In this document: positions 61,576 to 64,000 of the stretch, one piece after another
How positions within the stretch are numbered: the first letter of the stretch is position 1
Layout: each line of letters starts with the position of its first letter
Source of the DNA: Nageia nagi
Lineage: Eukaryota > Plantae > Pinophyta
NCBI GenBank assembly: GCA_050084985.1
Contig: JBITNC010000001.1
Location: 156,798,001 to 156,862,000, forward strand
Direction of reading: 5' to 3'
DNA length: 64,000 nt
Notes under the pieces: generated by a model
Database searches by the model: none
Told to the model about the DNA's origin: nothing
The model's input: only the letters and a program-made list of their open reading frames with translations
Translations under genes and position numbers: made by a program

Positions 61576-64000
61576 AAAACAAAAATAATCTTCCAGATCC
61601 CTATCATTGGGGATTTTCAAAAGAGCAACCGAGCTCAGGGATAGGTCGTCCTTTTCCCCAAAGACTACAATTGGAACAAACACTCTAGGTGATTTTAACT
61701 GAGATTATTTAATGTAACAAGTAATGAATACATCTATCGAGTAACCAAACTCAAGGGCGGGTTGCCCTTTTCTCTGGAGACTACAGTTGGAACAGACACT
61801 CCGAATGAACACAAAGTCCCCAGACCTGGATTGAAATGCAGGTGTCCTGATGGCTACTCAAATAGCCAGTGAGAGTTCACTCTAATGAAACCAGCAATGC
61901 AATCGTAAGTGACGGTGCTGACATAGGCTTATTCCCTGTGGACGAAGCAAGTCACTGTGTATCCATTTATTTAGGTTTGTCTTAGGATGTCAAGTTTTTG
62001 TCACAAAACTGTTGATCACCATAGTCAAAGTTAGCTTGCTCCCCATTTTGTTGTTGTTTTTGTTTTAGCTTGTCACTATTGTTTCATTGTTGTTTTTGTT
62101 TTAGCTTGGCGCCACTATTTTGTGGTCAACAGGGTCAACTTCCTCAAGATGTTAAGAGTCTCGAAGACCTATATAGAAAGATTTCATATGACCCAAAACC
62201 AAAGCCCAAATGATGTTAGCTTTTGTGAGAATTATTGGTTCTACTTGGGTGGGATACATTAGATACCTACTTGCTTCCAAGAAGTGGGGAAGGAGGTTTC
62301 TAAGATAAATGAAAAGGTTAATACAAGCCTAGAGCAGATGGACTTCGAGGTCAGGTTTCTAAAGGAGGATACCACCATTAGGGAGGCGGACCTGGTAGTG
62401 GCAGAAGTTAGACATCTTCTCTAAAGCTTGCTCATGACGGAGAATGTCAACACATATCAGACTAGAAGCCACCTCAAGCACATGTTGACAACTCATAGGT
62501 GGAAGATCAAGATGCAAAGGTTGATTGCCAAGGTCAAGCATTTTGTCATTGAGAACAAAGCCAAGACTTCTGAGATGTTGCGTGGATTAGAGCTTACTCC
62601 AAAGTTCTTGGATGAGGACTTTGAAGATTGAGTTGCGGCCTTGGGACCACCATCGTCATAGTTGCTATTTTATTTTTATTTTATTTTCAAGAAATTATGT
62701 TAATTTTGCAAAATACTTTTATATTATTTTTTTAATCCCAAACTTGTGACGGATGAGGATTTGCTCCCACAAGTTTGGAAGAGATCTCGTAATGCCATGC
62801 AGCATTTTATTATTGGACCACTTATATTTTTCTCATAATTCATATTAGGGTTAGGGCAACACTTAAGGTTGCCATGAAAAACTATTTATACCCCATTTTG
62901 GCTCATTTGTAAAAAGAGATTAGGCATTTTAATAAATTGGAAAGAACTTTGCTTGAAACACACAAAATTCTCTAAAATTTGTTAATGTGTTGTATGTGTA
63001 TTTCACTATTCTTATATGCTCTCATGTTGCAATGATAAACACGAATGAATGATAACAGTGTTGTCTAATTGATTCTATTGTTGCTTTGTGTTATCTCATA
63101 TCACTTGGTGTATCTCGTAAACCTCGAGTGAGGTGGACAAGATAGTACTTGTATATCTTTTGAAGTGGATGAATGGCATATTGTTTGTAATACTTTGTCA
63201 TTTGCAGTTTTAGGCTTGAATACTTTGAAATGTCTTGTTCATTTCGCTCATAGTAGGAACTTCACCCAAACCATCAAAGATTACCTCCATCCCATCCTTC
63301 ACCATCTTTGTCACAGCTTCACACTCCTTCCACTAGACCATTCGTGTTGTTGACTAGTGGGATGGATCAAGAGTGCATGGAACCTACGCCGAAATCCAAC
63401 AAGTCAACTTTCAAAACCCTATTCCAAGCCCGTGAGTATGCATGCTTATAGTCACATCCTTGTACCCACTATCTCTCCACCAAGTTTTCATTTTATTTTT
63501 CACTTTTTGCGCAGCTTTCGCAACCCTTGTTTACTTTTAGCATTTTTCGAAACAACACAGTTGAAACACAGGTACAAACTCAAAGTCCCTTGAATCCACA
63601 CATGATATTCATGTTGGTGATAGCTTCAAACATTTCAGCCAGTCCTTGAGTTTTATTTTCACAACTTAAGTGGAGCTACCTTTGGGGTAACCAATCCTCA
63701 TAACGGGAAGGAGTAACGTCCTTTCACCTGAGGTGTTGGAGTTTTTCCCACTACTCTAAGGTAGGAAAGAAAAACCCCCCAACACAAACCATCTAGAATT
63801 CTTCCATTCAAACATAAATCCTTTAGTAGCACTTACAACTACAACAATAATAACATCTTTAAATTCTATATTAGCAAAATGAAGTGTGTCAACCTAGAAC
63901 CCAATCAGCATGGTGCATGAATATAATTAAAATCATTAAAGGAAAACCTGAAAATGTTTGTGTCCTAATCAAGGATTGAAAATTGAGTTTCAACTTTTAA

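Larger units (their letters stand above)
53470..63784 (+). mobile_element. Element F: Ty3/gypsy Tat-clade retrotransposon, internally deleted, with termini homologous to E
   Basis: E-like 5' part with palindrome array and TATA; gag knuckle WCRIHNAAHAEETC (~56690-56732); pol 57388-61450; E-like 3' part ending CCCCCAACA at 63784. The first ~120 bp are missing relative to E. Confidence 0.85.

Noticed and set aside
45381-64000. Search for the lipase first exon (signal peptide / YNHTLA-like block)
   Set aside because: No convincing match found by eye. ORF 45420-45602 shows no lipase similarity.
1-64000. Orientation bias of intronic TEs relative to the host gene
   Set aside because: Both orientations are well represented (A, C, D and most solo LTRs sense; B, E, F, hAT and copia antisense), and the sample is too small.

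Overview
Eukaryotic plant DNA, most likely a large-genome gymnosperm (inferred from giant TE-filled introns and a Tat-type element with PR-aRH-RT-RH-INT domain order). The window appears to lie inside one minus-strand host gene, a class-3 (GHSMG) lipase. Six internal exons (612 nt, 204 aa) can be spliced by eye, with introns of 144 bp (GC-AG), 6.4 kb, 22.0 kb, 108 bp and 527 bp. The first and last exons were not found and are probably outside the window. The introns hold nested transposons: (G) a >3.2-kb LTR with a ~182-bp tandem array; (A) a Reina-like chromovirus with RT-RH-INT-chromodomain but no gag core or protease; (B, C, D) three related non-autonomous elements with gag-protease (protease only for B within the window) and a 30-bp-period array in place of pol; (E) a 5.7-kb TG..CA unit that looks like a giant solo LTR carrying its own promoter, an array of ~46-bp palindromes and a ~1000-codon ORF; (F) a Tat-type gag-pol element whose ends match E. 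There is also an apparently intact 3,956-bp autonomous hAT (776-aa transposase, perfect 8-bp TSD), a hAT MITE, copia and LINE relics, several solo LTRs and a ~250-bp-arm inverted repeat. The best candidate for an undescribed system is the LTR-embedded gene plus palindromic operator-like array in E/F. All calls were made by reading the sequence; no database searches were run.
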